The notes below the pieces were generated by a model. The model was not told the origin of the DNA. It did no database searches and saw only the letters and a program-made list of their open reading frames with translations. Made by a program: the position numbers and the translations under genes. Below, one piece after another: positions 49,477 through 60,026 of a stretch of DNA of 64,000 nt. Numbering within the stretch: the first letter of the stretch is position 1; the number at the start of each line of letters is the position of its first letter. Source of the DNA: Candidatus Bathyarchaeota archaeon (GTDB lineage Archaea > Thermoproteota > Bathyarchaeia > Bathyarchaeales > Bathycorpusculaceae); assembly GCA_963806535.1 (NCBI GenBank), contig CAWDYC010000004.1:448001-512000 (forward strand), in the 5' to 3' direction.

Positions 49477-51404
49477 GTGAAAAAAATGGTTACAGTGAAT
49501 CCAATAATAATGAATCCGTATCTTGAGGCGCTTCAACCAAAACTTAGCGCAGCGGACTTCAAAAAACTTAGTGCAATAAACAATCCTAACGTCCACGAGT
49601 TCATTGCTAAAGAAAATGATCTCTGCCACCCAAAAGATATTTTCATTTGCAGTGACTCAGCTGAAGATATTACACATATTCGAAAGCAAGCAATTGCTTC
49701 AGGTGAAGAACAAGCAATCTTAACTCTTCAGGGGCAGACTGTCCATTTCGACGGTGAACATGACCAAGGGACGAGACCGCCAAGCCACCAAGTACCTTGT
49801 ACCAAAAGGAGTTACCTTAAGCAAAGCCCTCAACCAAATGGACCGACAAGAAGGTTTAGCTGAAGTTACAGGTATCCTTAGGGATTCCATGGCAGGGAAA
49901 AACAATGATTGTCCGCTTCGTCTCACTAGGTCCTCAAGATTCTGTCTTTACTATTTTGGGTTTACAATGCACAGATTCATGGTACGTTGCGCATTCTGAA
50001 AACCTACTTGTATCGACCTGGATATGAACAGTTTGTTAAGGCAGGACCAAAAAGCGACTTCTTGCGCGTTCTGCATTCATCTGGAAAAGTAAATGGTGAC
50101 ATGGTAAGTGTAGATTGGAACAAAAAATGCATTTACATCGACCAAATGGACAATACAATTTACAGTGTTAACACTCAGTATGCTGGAAACTCTGTTGGCT
50201 TCAAAAAACTTGCCTTCCGCTTAGCTATTCGAAAAGCAAGCAGCGAAGGATGGCTAGCCGAACACATGCTCCTAATGGGCGTCTTTGGTCCAGGCGGACG
50301 CAAAACCTACTTTGCAGGAGCATTTCCAAGCGCATGTGGAAAAACCTCAACTGCAATGCTTCCAGGCGAGACTATTCTTGGCGATGACATTGCATATCTA
50401 AGAGATGTCGATTCTGCTGCGCGTGCAGTTAACGTAGAATCAGGCATATTCGGAATCATACAAGACGTCAACCCCAAAGATGACGCTTTGATTTACAAGC
50501 TGCTTGACCAGCTCCAGGAGAAATTATATTCTCAAATATTCTGGTTAAAGATGGCAAACCATACTGGCTTGGCATGGGCAAAGAGCTTCCAAAAGACGGC
50601 TGCAACTATACTGGCGCATGGTTTGAAGGCAAAAAAGACGAAGCTGGCAACGATGTTCCACCCGCCAATAAGAATGCCCGCTACACATTGGCGCTTAAAG
50701 AATTGGAAAACTGTGATCCTGAACTTCATAATCCGTTAGGCGTTGAATTAGGCGGCATAATGTATGGCGGACGAGATGCTAAGGCTTACGTGCCTGTTCA
50801 GCAAAGCTTCAGCTGGGAACACGGAATAATCGCTTACGGCGCATCACTTGAAACTGAAACCACTTTCGCTACTGTCGGCAAAGAAGGTATTCCAGAAATT
50901 AACATGATGAGCATCCAAGACTTCATTTCAATTCCGATGGGCAAAAACGTTCACAACAACTTGAACTTTGGTCGGAAACTCAAAAAGCAACCAATCATTT
51001 TCGGAGTAAACTATTTCCTAAAAGAAGTTGGCAACGGAAAATACCTAAACGGTGTACAGGATAAACATGTTTGGATAAAATGGATGGAGCAAAGAGTGCA
51101 TAACGAAGTTGGAGCAATAGCTACTCCAACAGGATACATTCCAAAATATGAGGATTTACGCAGACTATTCAAGCAGGTTCTTGGCAAAAACTACGCTAAA
51201 GAAGACTACATTAAACAATTCACTATTCGTGTTCCCGAAAATCTTGCCAAGATTGAACGGGTGCAAAGATTTTACCAAGAAAACGTTACTGACACGCCAT
51301 TGGAACTTTTCGGCATTTTGTATCTGCAACGTCAACGCTTGATTGAAGCTAAAGAAAAATACGGCGATTACATTTCACCAGAAAGCTTTGAAAAAGGAGA
51401 CTAA
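49477..51404 (+). CDS. pckG: GTP-dependent phosphoenolpyruvate carboxykinase (3-4 frameshifts)
   Basis: YAGNSVGFKK, WLAEHM, AFPSACGKT, GDDIAY, NARY, YGGRD, VNYFLK. Confidence 0.92.
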
Positions 51405-51551
51405 ACAATTCAATGAATAGCAAACATTCAGTTTTACCCTTTTTTTGGGTCAGATTTATAAATGGATTAAATATATTGACTAAAAATTCATAACCGTTAA
51501 TTAACAAAATCGATGAATTGAGAAAACACAAAGAAAAAGATGTGAAGGAAA

Positions 51552-51791
51552 ATGATGATGAAAAAACTGGAAAAACAAGACTCTGCATACACAATAAATC
51601 TTGCCACTATCGAAGATGATGGTTCCTTCCAATGCCCTAAATGCAAAATTTCAATCTCACCGGAAGACGAGAATGAAGAAAACTATAAAATCGAAGATAC
51701 CAAAGTTGTCAACGGCGAGCTATCTGAACTAATTATTACTTGCGGTAAATGCAGAAGTGTCATAAAACTCACTGGATTCCAAGGTTTCTAA
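51552..51791 (+). CDS. Small zinc-finger protein
   Basis: CPKC...CGKC. Confidence 0.7.
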   Translation: MMMKKLEKQDSAYTINLATIEDDGSFQCPKCKISISPEDENEENYKIEDTKVVNGELSELIITCGKCRSVIKLTGFQGF

Positions 51792-51893
51792 TTCAGCGCT
51801 TACGAAACTTTTGCAAACCAAGTTTGAGTTAGCATTAGTTTGGTTTAGCCAAATAGTTTATTTTGTTATGATACATTACTCGGCTGTTGATAT

Positions 51894-52510
51894 TTGATGA
51901 TAATTGAAACCTTCACGGTTGGCATGTTGTCAACAAACTGCTACGTCGTTAATTCAGAAAAAAGCAAAGAAGCAATTGTTATTGACCCAGGCTTAGACAT
52001 GCCTTTTGAAGCCCAGCAAATTTTCGACTACATTGCGAAAGAAAAATTGAAAGTAAAATTAATTCTCAACACTCATGGGCATCAAGACCACATAAGCGGC
52101 GACACCATATTCCAAGAAAAATACAACGTTCCCATCTACATTCACAAATATGATGCGCCTTCACTTGAGGAATTGGAACAAAATAAGTTTCCTGCGCCTA
52201 TATTGCTTAGAAGATGGGAGCTTAATCAAGTTTGGTGATGTGTCTTTTACTGTTATGCTTACGCCTGGACATACCCCTGGTAGCATATGTCTCGTAGGCG
52301 AAAAGCTTGTTTTTACAGGTGACACATTGTTTAATGAAGGGATTGGTAGAACAGATTTTCCAGGAGGCTCAATGAGAGATATGCGATTATCTCTTGCAAA
52401 AGCTTGTGCGTTTGCCTGATTATTTCTTAGTTTATCCTGGGCATGGACCAACATCTATTATCGGTGAAGAAAAAAGGAATAATCCTTTCCTGAGTGGCAA
52501 TGATTTTTGA
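51894..52510 (+). CDS. MBL-fold metallohydrolase (glyoxalase II-like), frameshifted
   Basis: TNCY, IDPG, THGHQDH, TPGHTPGS, FTGDTLF, GRTD, PGHG. Confidence 0.9.
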
Positions 52511-52511
52511 T

Positions 52512-53507
52512 TTAACTGTTGATTGCTTGGTTAGTGCTTAATTCTTGCAGTGCCTTTAGTCGTTTGATAATGTTTGGATGAGTTGACAAGATTTCAACGA
52601 ACATTGTCTACTTTTGTCGGTTGCTTTGCAAGTGTGTCTCGAAGCAAATCCTGTTTGCTTCTAATCTGTGCCGCATGAAGGTCTGCAGAGTCGGCGCTTG
52701 CTCTATTGGTGTCAGTAATGAATAATGCTCTGAAGGAACTTTGGTTTTTCTGATCTTCTTTCTTTTGTTGACCACCACGTTTGCTTTCTTCAACAATTGT
52801 TACTAAGCCAGTTGAGAGTTTTTCTGCGCCGTTTTCAACTACTGAAACGCTATGTCTATCAGCATAGTATTCGCGCAGTCGACTTAGGTACAATGTGAAT
52901 AAGGTTAGTACCCAAGAGAACGCCATGAAAGCTATACCTATGAGTGCATTACTGCCTCCGCTGTTTTTCTTTTGTCCTCCACCGAACATGCCTGAAAGCA
53001 TCATTGAGTAACCGATATAGTAGAATAAGGCTGGTAAGAACGAAGCTACCATCATGACTTGGACGTCATGGTGTTTTATATGGCCAAGTTCATGCCCCAA
53101 GACAGCTTCAACTTCGCCGCTGTCAAGAGAATCTAGAAGCCCCTGAGTAACGGCTACGCGGGTTCCTGATAACGGTGAACCGTAAGCGAATGCATTTGGA
53201 AGAGGAATGTTCGCCAACATTAGCTTGGGAACAGCTATTCCGCTTTTTCTGCTTATGTCATTGACCATTTGGTGTAGTTCTGGCTTTTCGTCTTGCTTAA
53301 GTTCTTTAACTTTGTATATCCAGCCGATGAGGTATGGTGCCAGCAGCCACTGGGCCACGTTAAGGACTACTACCAAAATTCCGATAGTCTACTAAATCTA
53401 AAGCCTATTCCAGCAACAGTCAAAATGACTGCAAATACGAGTGTGGACAAACCAAAGATTATGGCTAATGTTCCAGCCATAGAAATACGAAGTTTCCAAG
53501 CGTTCAT
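52512..53507 (-). CDS. htpX: HtpX zinc metalloprotease (frameshifted)
   Basis: PNAFAYG, VLGHELGH, SRLREYYAD, STHP. Confidence 0.9.
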
Positions 53508-53779
53508 GCATCGGTCACTGTTAATCCTCAATGTCTTTCAAGGGCGCTTATAACTTTTGTGCGCTATCAATGGAAAAAAAGCCTTGAAATCACGTTATCA
53601 AAACAGATTCGCTTCCCGACCACTGAGCGCTTCCTGTTCTGTTCCTTTGCCCATTTCCAAGCTATCGATATGTACCGCACGGCGAAAAGAAAAAATAAGA
53701 ATTTTTGAGACTGAGTTTTCTCCTTTCCATAACAAAAGAGGTATGGCGAATTGCGGTAATTACAGCCTAAAATAGCTTC

Positions 53780-53872
53780 TTAAAAGAAATGTCTAAGAAG
53801 AGCTATTATTGCTGTTACAACAATGATGACAACTATTAGAATTGTTATTCGTTTTTTTGTGTAGAACCTCAT
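53780..53872 (-). CDS. 30-aa single-TM peptide or gene remnant
   Basis: Manual translation MRFYTKKRITILIVVIIVVTAIIALLRHFF*. Confidence 0.35.
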   Translation of the reverse strand: MRFYTKKRITILIVVIIVVTAIIALLRHFF

Positions 53873-53949
53873 TTACCTACTCTCCCTATTCAATTCTTCT
53901 TCCGAATCTAAACATTAAACTGCTTCTACATGTTTTGCCAATGCTTAAC

Positions 53950-54168
53950 CTATTCAGTCACCTTAGGAGTGCTATCTGCTTTCTTTCGAGGTTTATACAA
54001 AACTCCGGCAATGAACAAAACAACCCCAACGATGGGTAATACGAGCACTGCTTCTTGGTGTCTTGCAAAATAGAGGACAAGGCCCACAAGAATTAATATT
54101 CCCCCAATTCCAAGGAGTCGCCCTTTGTTTGTTTGATAATAATCTTTCATGTCCACCACTTTTTCCAC
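53950..54168 (-). CDS. Small two-TM membrane protein
   Basis: 72 aa; downstream of ABC permease; GGAGGTG upstream. Confidence 0.65.
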   Translation of the reverse strand: MEKVVDMKDYYQTNKGRLLGIGGILILVGLVLYFARHQEAVLVLPIVGVVLFIAGVLYKPRKKADSTPKVTE

Positions 54169-54193
54169 CTCCGCCCTCGTGCTTCCATCTTTG

Positions 54194-54937
54194 CTACTTC
54201 CACTTTGTTAGTATTTCCTCCCTACGGAAAGTCTTGGTGCTGACAAAGAAAAGCGTCACATCAACCGCTAAGAGGACCCCTGAGATTATGAGCAGGCTGC
54301 TTACGTTAAGGGTTATTATGCTTGTCTCGCTGAGGAAGAATATGCCAAGGAGTGGAAAGAGAATAAAAACCCCAAAACTGTTAGCGCTGCGCACGTCATT
54401 AACTCTCGCTGAAACAATTACACTGTACAAAACACTCATAACAATGGCAACGGGCATCAGAACCAAGAGCAAAGTGGCGATGTTCCAGTTTGGAAAATAG
54501 TAGTAGCCAAGCGTACTGAAAGTAACCGCATCAATGCCTACCATGAAGACTGCTGCAGCCGAATACATTGCTACTAAAGTTGGGATAATTGCGGAGATGG
54601 CTTTTCCAAGCAGTATTTCTCCATCAGTAAGGGGCGTGGCTAGAAGCGGTTCCAGACTCTTCTCCACTTTCTCGCCCACTATACTGTAGGAGGCAATTCC
54701 TAAGGGAGCATACGCTGCTCCTATAACTAAAAAGAAAGAAAAGGAGGTAAGCAAATTTGGAAGCACACCCGGCGCTGCAAGTCCGTGGTTCCCCCTTATT
54801 GTTAAATACTCCAGTATCAACGGGAACCCGACCGAGAGAATAACTGGGAAGATGATGATTGAAGGCCAGACGTTTTTTACTCGCCTAAATATTTTGAAGT
54901 CCCTAGCTGCTACAATCCACGCTTTGGAGAGTCTCAT
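54194..54937 (-). CDS. ABC-2 type exporter permease
   Basis: SIVGEKVEKSLEPLLATPL, GK; six TM. Confidence 0.9.
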   Translation of the reverse strand: MRLSKAWIVAARDFKIFRRVKNVWPSIIIFPVILSVGFPLILEYLTIRGNHGLAAPGVLPNLLTSFSFFLVIGAAYAPLGIASYSIVGEKVEKSLEPLLATPLTDGEILLGKAISAIIPTLVAMYSAAAVFMVGIDAVTFSTLGYYYFPNWNIATLLLVLMPVAIVMSVLYSVIVSARVNDVRSANSFGVFILFPLLGIFFLSETSIITLNVSSLLIISGVLLAVDVTLFFVSTKTFRREEILTKWK

Positions 54938-55857
54938 ATTTGTTTCCTCACAAGTTTTAGATAGGTATCTTCCAGTGTTGAGCCCACCACATTGATTGAT
55001 CTGACATGGCCGCCCGCCAGCACTATAGCCTCAACTACAGGTGAATTCTCCTTGTCTGGATTTTCCACCTCAAATGTTATCGTGTCGCCGCTGGTGGACA
55101 GATTTTTGAGCGCCAGTTTTTTCAATGCCCCCAAAACGGCATCATTCACTTGCTGTTCCAATCCGACAACTGTCTTCTTACCGCTAACGGACCTTTCAAG
55201 TTCCTGCGGAGTACCAATTGCCCTAAGACTCGCATTCATTATTGCTACCTTATCGCAGATTCTCTGCGCCTCGTCGAGGTTGTGAGTGTTTAAAAAGATT
55301 GTTTTCTTCTCTTTTTTTAGTTGAAGAATAAAATCTCGGACTGTTTTCGAAGCCTCGGGATCTAGATTCGCGGTAGGTTCGTCCATAAAAATGACTTGTG
55401 GTTCATGAATTAGGGCTCGGGCTATGGCAAGTTTTTGTTTCATGCCCTTGGAAAAAGTTCCTGCCAAAACATTCCTCTTCTCCCAAAGCCCCAACATCTC
55501 AAGAAAACGGTGAATGTTCTCTTTTCTTTGGGTTTCCGGGCAATCGTATATCTTTGCAAAAAAGTCTAGGTTGTCGTAGGCTGTCAGATTTTCAGATAAT
55601 CCAACGTTATCAGAGACAAACCCGATGATTTTGCGAATTTTGAGTGAGTCTTCTTTGTTGCCTATTTCATAATTGCCAATTTTGCCGCTTCCACTGGTCT
55701 TTGATATGAGGCAGCAAAGCATTCTAACGGTTGTGGTTTTTCCTGCGCCGTTGGGTCCGAGAAAACCGAAAACTTCGCCGTCGTCAACATGAAGTGTGAG
55801 GTTGTCTACGGCTGTTAGATCTCCAAATTTTTTGGTAAGGTTGTTGATATCTATCAA
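54934..55857 (-). CDS. ABC exporter ATP-binding protein
   Basis: GPNGAGKTT, FSKGMKQK, DEPT, NTH; TTG start at 55857 probable. Confidence 0.92.
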   Translation of the reverse strand: MIDINNLTKKFGDLTAVDNLTLHVDDGEVFGFLGPNGAGKTTTVRMLCCLISKTSGSGKIGNYEIGNKEDSLKIRKIIGFVSDNVGLSENLTAYDNLDFFAKIYDCPETQRKENIHRFLEMLGLWEKRNVLAGTFSKGMKQKLAIARALIHEPQVIFMDEPTANLDPEASKTVRDFILQLKKEKKTIFLNTHNLDEAQRICDKVAIMNASLRAIGTPQELERSVSGKKTVVGLEQQVNDAVLGALKKLALKNLSTSGDTITFEVENPDKENSPVVEAIVLAGGHVRSINVVGSTLEDTYLKLVRKQI

Positions 55858-55923
55858 TGTGATTACCCTTTGGTACCGATTGTCTGCTAGAATAAGCGAA
55901 TGTTTCATAAATAATGTTGCATG

Positions 55924-55940
55924 GGTACAAAATCTGTACC
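55924..55940. promoter_or_regulatory. Palindrome GGTACA-N5-TGTACC in the divergent promoter
   Basis: Seen directly between the ABC operon and the membrane protein/wHTH pair. Confidence 0.45.
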
Positions 55941-55999
55941 AGTGTGGTAAAAGTCAAAAGAGCCATAGCACTTAAATATAGAAATTAAGGAACTAAAGT

Positions 56000-56671
56000 A
56001 TGGTCGAGGATATTTCCCCAGAGCAAATCAAGCAGGTCGCCGAAAGAGCCTTAGTCATAGAACGGTATATACTAGAGCGAGCTTGGGGGCTCTGTTATGC
56101 TGCTGTCGCCGCTGAAATTGTCCTCATACCTTTTCTGCCCTTGATTGTCCTATTCCTTGGGCTTTCAGATGGCTATTTTCTTGTTGTTGCGATCGTGGTT
56201 AACACAGCGGTGAGCATTGTGGGCGCTACAATGGTTGCTTGGATTTTCAAGAAGTCTTATAACTCCATGCTTGTACGCAGAGAAATTGTGGATTCAATAT
56301 GGACTAAATTGCTGAGGCCTTCGTGGATAGCATTAGTTTGGACGGCCTACTATTTGCCGATTCTTGCCGCAATTTTCTTGCTGCGCCACGAGTTTTTGGT
56401 TTTTAGATTCGGACTTTTGGCCACAACAGTGTTTCCTTTATTCTTTGCGTTTAAAGGTTCGTTCCCTGAGCGGCTGCCACGAGAAAGTATAGCAGTTGTG
56501 TCGGCATTAACTATTTACACGTTAGGGGGTTTTGTTGTTTCTCTCCTAAAAGCCAATGCAGGCTTTTACCTGATTCTTTGGGTAATCTTTCTTGTAGTTC
56601 TTATCTTAGCTTCTGCACATGCACGCAGACGGAAACCTCCCAGCTCTCTGGAGGATCCCCCAAATTGGTAA
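56000..56671 (+). CDS. Six-TM membrane protein
   Basis: Hydrophobic; overlaps the wHTH gene start. Confidence 0.7.
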   Translation: MVEDISPEQIKQVAERALVIERYILERAWGLCYAAVAAEIVLIPFLPLIVLFLGLSDGYFLVVAIVVNTAVSIVGATMVAWIFKKSYNSMLVRREIVDSIWTKLLRPSWIALVWTAYYLPILAAIFLLRHEFLVFRFGLLATTVFPLFFAFKGSFPERLPRESIAVVSALTIYTLGGFVVSLLKANAGFYLILWVIFLVVLILASAHARRRKPPSSLEDPPNW

Positions 56672-57006
56672 CTGACAAACAACCCAACTTCAAAATCCCC
56701 AACACAGACACAATTAAATCATTAAACGAGCAGCTAAGCGACCCCAGCCTAAAATCGTCCACCCGCATCTTGATCTTGATTTTGCTTGCCATGAACAAGA
56801 AGTTGAGTGCTTCGGAACTGCGTTCTTTTGTAGGGTTGGGAAAGGGCAGTTTGGAGAATCACTTGGCAAAAATGGAGGGTTCTGGGTTAATCAGGATACG
56901 CTCTGTTAGGTCATGGGGCGGCACATACAAAGTTGTGGAGATAACTGAGAAGGGGCTGGAAGATTGCAGGTCACTTCTTAAAAAAATTCATAGCCTGGAC
57001 GTATGA
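56665..57006 (+). CDS. ArsR/MarR-like wHTH regulator
   Basis: RILIL..SASEL..GKGSLENHLAKME..ITEKG. Confidence 0.82.
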   Translation: MVTDKQPNFKIPNTDTIKSLNEQLSDPSLKSSTRILILILLAMNKKLSASELRSFVGLGKGSLENHLAKMEGSGLIRIRSVRSWGGTYKVVEITEKGLEDCRSLLKKIHSLDV

Positions 57007-57020
57007 TGGACCTTCGGGAG

Positions 57021-58016
57021 CTACTTTTGCGATTGCTTCTTTAGCCAATCAAAAATTGCGTTTGTAGCTTCTCCGTCAAGTTCTGCCTCTGCCGCGTTGT
57101 AATGTAAGGTGACGTATTGCGCGTCAAGCCCTTCGCGTGGCTTTTCTTCATGTTTTAGTATATGATTGGCGTTTTCTGGATAAACAAATGACACATCAGG
57201 CTTCTGAGCTGGTGCTTTCTCCAATATTTCTCCGTCAATTTTCCAATCAACTTGAATGTCTTTTTTGCCAATCACCACCAGCAAAGGTTCGTTAACTTTG
57301 GCGATGTACTCTGAGAGCTTATACATCCACAACTCTCTGGAAAACGGCAAGTTAGCGGGGGTTTCCAAGCTTTGAAGCAGCATTTTTATCCCTACTGGAA
57401 GAGACGTATCTAATCTCATGGGTTTATTAGTCAAGAAATCTGAGATGGCGTCGTCGTACGGTTTCATTAGAATTTGCACATTTGGCAAATGCTTGATTTG
57501 ATTGAAGATTTGGCTACGAGCTAATTCGCCAATTGCTCTGCCAGGTGCTCCAGTTAGAACTAATCCTTTGAACTGATTATTTTTCGCTTGCAATTGGTAG
57601 TTTACAGCGTGGATAGCGCCTTCACTGTTGGTTAGCACAAAAATATTGTCATTATTGACATTCTTTTCAGCGATTACTGTTTCTACGGCGCCTTTTAGTT
57701 CTTCTACGTGGCTTTGCATGCTTATTTTGCCTACAAGTTTGGGTATGTTTTCTTTAACGAGGGGTCCGGATGCAACTTTGTCATATCTCAACGTAACAAA
57801 GCCTTGAGTGGCGAGAGCTTCGGCCAGCAATTTGCCGCTACCATTTGTTCCAGGTAATAGGGGTGAGCACCAGTCTCGGTCAGTTGGACCACTACCTGCT
57901 ACAAAGATAATTGCTGAATGAGCCTCTTTATCAGTTGGCGCTGTGATGGTGCCATAGATGTCGACACCAAAAACCTTCCATGATACTTGCTTGTTTTCTG
58001 TAAGCTCATTTCCCAT
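57021..58016 (-). CDS. Alpha/beta hydrolase
   Basis: GSGPTDRD, LRYDK, TNSEG nucleophile elbow, GKKDIQV, ANH. Confidence 0.85.
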   Translation of the reverse strand: MGNELTENKQVSWKVFGVDIYGTITAPTDKEAHSAIIFVAGSGPTDRDWCSPLLPGTNGSGKLLAEALATQGFVTLRYDKVASGPLVKENIPKLVGKISMQSHVEELKGAVETVIAEKNVNNDNIFVLTNSEGAIHAVNYQLQAKNNQFKGLVLTGAPGRAIGELARSQIFNQIKHLPNVQILMKPYDDAISDFLTNKPMRLDTSLPVGIKMLLQSLETPANLPFSRELWMYKLSEYIAKVNEPLLVVIGKKDIQVDWKIDGEILEKAPAQKPDVSFVYPENANHILKHEEKPREGLDAQYVTLHYNAAEAELDGEATNAIFDWLKKQSQK

Positions 58017-58175
58017 GATTGTATCCTCCAACATTCGCTGGTTAATTGCTAATTCTTCAATATATGCGCCTCAAATATAAGGTAGTAGCAAACGCTTTCA
58101 AATCGTGAAATAGGCAAGTTCTTACGTTTAGTTTGGAAAATTGTGGAGACAGCAAATCGACGGGTAAGTTAATGC

Positions 58176-58203
58176 TGTTCCTGCTTTGGAACAAAGTGTT
58201 CCA
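58176..58203. promoter_or_regulatory. Overlapping palindromes TGTTCC-N6-GGAACA and TGGAACA-N3-TGTTCCA
   Basis: Seen directly upstream of surface protein 58264. Confidence 0.45.
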
Positions 58204-58263
58204 TCGGGAGAGTAATATTCTATTAATGTATGGATTATACTGCAGTGACTTGGAGGAAAAGAA

Positions 58264-59169
58264 TTGAATGGGAAAAAAGCTTTGCTACCTTTTCTAGTTT
58301 TGGTGTTTCTGGTCCCTGTCCCCGCAAGTTTTCTAGTAGTCAAAGCAGATTCGAACAATTCTATGGTTTTACCTGGTGAAGTAACTCTTTACTCGCCCGT
58401 TAACATAACATACCCAAGCAATTTTCTCTGTTTGAATCTTACTTTTGCTTGGGGTGCTGGTATGCAATGCAAATTGAATTATAACATTGATAACCAGTTT
58501 AGCAGTCCAATCCCCCTAACTTATAATGACAGTGCTGATCCAGGATTCCAACTTTTCGCATTGGAAACAGGCTATGTTCAACTGCCAAAATTATCAAACG
58601 GTTCACATCAGTTAATCATTAACATTGAAGCCGATCTTAATGACTATCATGGCGCAAACCCTCCAGGTGCTCCCTTCAAGCAAACCACCCCCGGCAGCGC
58701 TAATTGGATAGCTTCATGGATCGACACAATCGATTTTACCATAAACTCAAATGGAAGTGATCAACCAGTCAGCACCTCAAATTTAACCAAAGCGTCAGTT
58801 CCATCTATTTCGAATCTGTCAATAGAAAACACCATTTACAACACAAACGACATTCCATTGAATTTTACCGTTGATACAAACATCTCTAAAGCCGCTTACA
58901 GCTTAGACGGGCAATCAAACATCACCATAGCTGGAAATACAACTCTAACCGGTTTGGCAGTCGGAGCCCACAATGTTACAGTGTACGCTTGGAACAACGA
59001 AGGAAACGCAAGTAGTCAAACCATCAACTTTGAAGTAGCTGACGTCAGATCTGCAGTGGTTCCGCAGTCACAACCTTTCCCAACTACAACAATTATAGCA
59101 GCTGTCTCAGCGTTTACAGTCGGGTGTGTCCTTACATTTCTGCTTTTCTTCCGGAAAGAAAAACGATAA
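58264..59169 (+). CDS. Surface protein with Ig-like stalk and C-terminal anchor
   Basis: Signal peptide (VKA), YSLDGQSNITIAGNTTLTGL..HNVTVYA module, QPFP-TM-RKEKR. Confidence 0.78.
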   Translation: MNGKKALLPFLVLVFLVPVPASFLVVKADSNNSMVLPGEVTLYSPVNITYPSNFLCLNLTFAWGAGMQCKLNYNIDNQFSSPIPLTYNDSADPGFQLFALETGYVQLPKLSNGSHQLIINIEADLNDYHGANPPGAPFKQTTPGSANWIASWIDTIDFTINSNGSDQPVSTSNLTKASVPSISNLSIENTIYNTNDIPLNFTVDTNISKAAYSLDGQSNITIAGNTTLTGLAVGAHNVTVYAWNNEGNASSQTINFEVADVRSAVVPQSQPFPTTTIIAAVSAFTVGCVLTFLLFFRKEKR

Positions 59170-59872
59170 AGATGAGCCTGCTAGAGTTTGAGCCATAGCT
59201 TTGCTCGTCATAATCGCCATAAACCTGGTTAACTGAAAAGCCAGCCTTTTCCAACAACCCTTTTAACTGATTAAACTCATACAAACGGACACTGTGCTCA
59301 AAAATTATTAATTGTCCACTTGTTTTCTCATGAACTGTCCACAAATCTTTTAGTTTCTCGCCTTTAACATCGACGGTTCGATTTTGTAGCAGGAAAAAGC
59401 TTGGATACTCCTTCCATTTGAGTTGTTCACCGGACTCGTATCGGTTAATTAAATGTTTACGGCTAAACACGTCAATAACCAAAACCCCATTCTTGGTAAG
59501 CGCTTCATGCACTTCCATGAGACTGAGCAGGTCATCTTCCTCAGAGGGTAGGTAGCCGAAACTTGTATCCATGCTTATAGCAGCTGAAAACGCTTCAGCT
59601 TTAAAGGGCAAAAACCGCATATCCGCCTGCACCACCTGTGCCTCTTGCCATCGCCTTTTGGCAATTCGAAGAAGCTTATTCGAAATATCCAAACCGACAA
59701 CATCGAAACCTTCCTTACTCAGCCGGATCAGGTGGCGACCAGTTCCACAGGCAACATCCAGAATCAAACCCTTGACTTTCAATGTCTTTTTTATAAACTG
59801 CAATTGCTTCTCAGTTTGGTTTTGATCCGCCATTTCTGCCCAATAAACGCCCATTTCATTAAAAACATTCAT
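59132..59872 (-). CDS. Class I SAM-dependent methyltransferase
   Basis: ILDVACGTGRH, GLDIS, ADMR, SFGY. Confidence 0.9.
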   Translation of the reverse strand: MNVFNEMGVYWAEMADQNQTEKQLQFIKKTLKVKGLILDVACGTGRHLIRLSKEGFDVVGLDISNKLLRIAKRRWQEAQVVQADMRFLPFKAEAFSAAISMDTSFGYLPSEEDDLLSLMEVHEALTKNGVLVIDVFSRKHLINRYESGEQLKWKEYPSFFLLQNRTVDVKGEKLKDLWTVHEKTSGQLIIFEHSVRLYEFNQLKGLLEKAGFSVNQVYGDYDEQSYGSNSSRLIFIVFLSGRKAEM

Positions 59873-59986
59873 TTCGCTTTTTTCACCCTCATTTCTCTCA
59901 TAATCATTTCAAATTACATTGTAGATAGCTAAAGATTTAGCTGTTGGTTATTAGCTTGCTGAAAATTTTTTCGAGCCGCTTAAATA

Positions 59987-60015
59987 TCCAACAGCTTATT
60001 TTCTAATCTGTTGGA
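59987..60015. promoter_or_regulatory. Palindrome TCCAACAG-N13-CTGTTGGA upstream of HTH-ribK
   Basis: Perfect 8-bp arms; extra half-site AGCTGTTGG at 59939-59947. Confidence 0.5.
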
Positions 60016-60026
60016 GTAATCAAGCT

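Noticed and set aside
53590-53700. GC-richer intergenic stretch as tRNA/sRNA
   Set aside because: No cloverleaf, T-loop or paired C/D boxes recognisable
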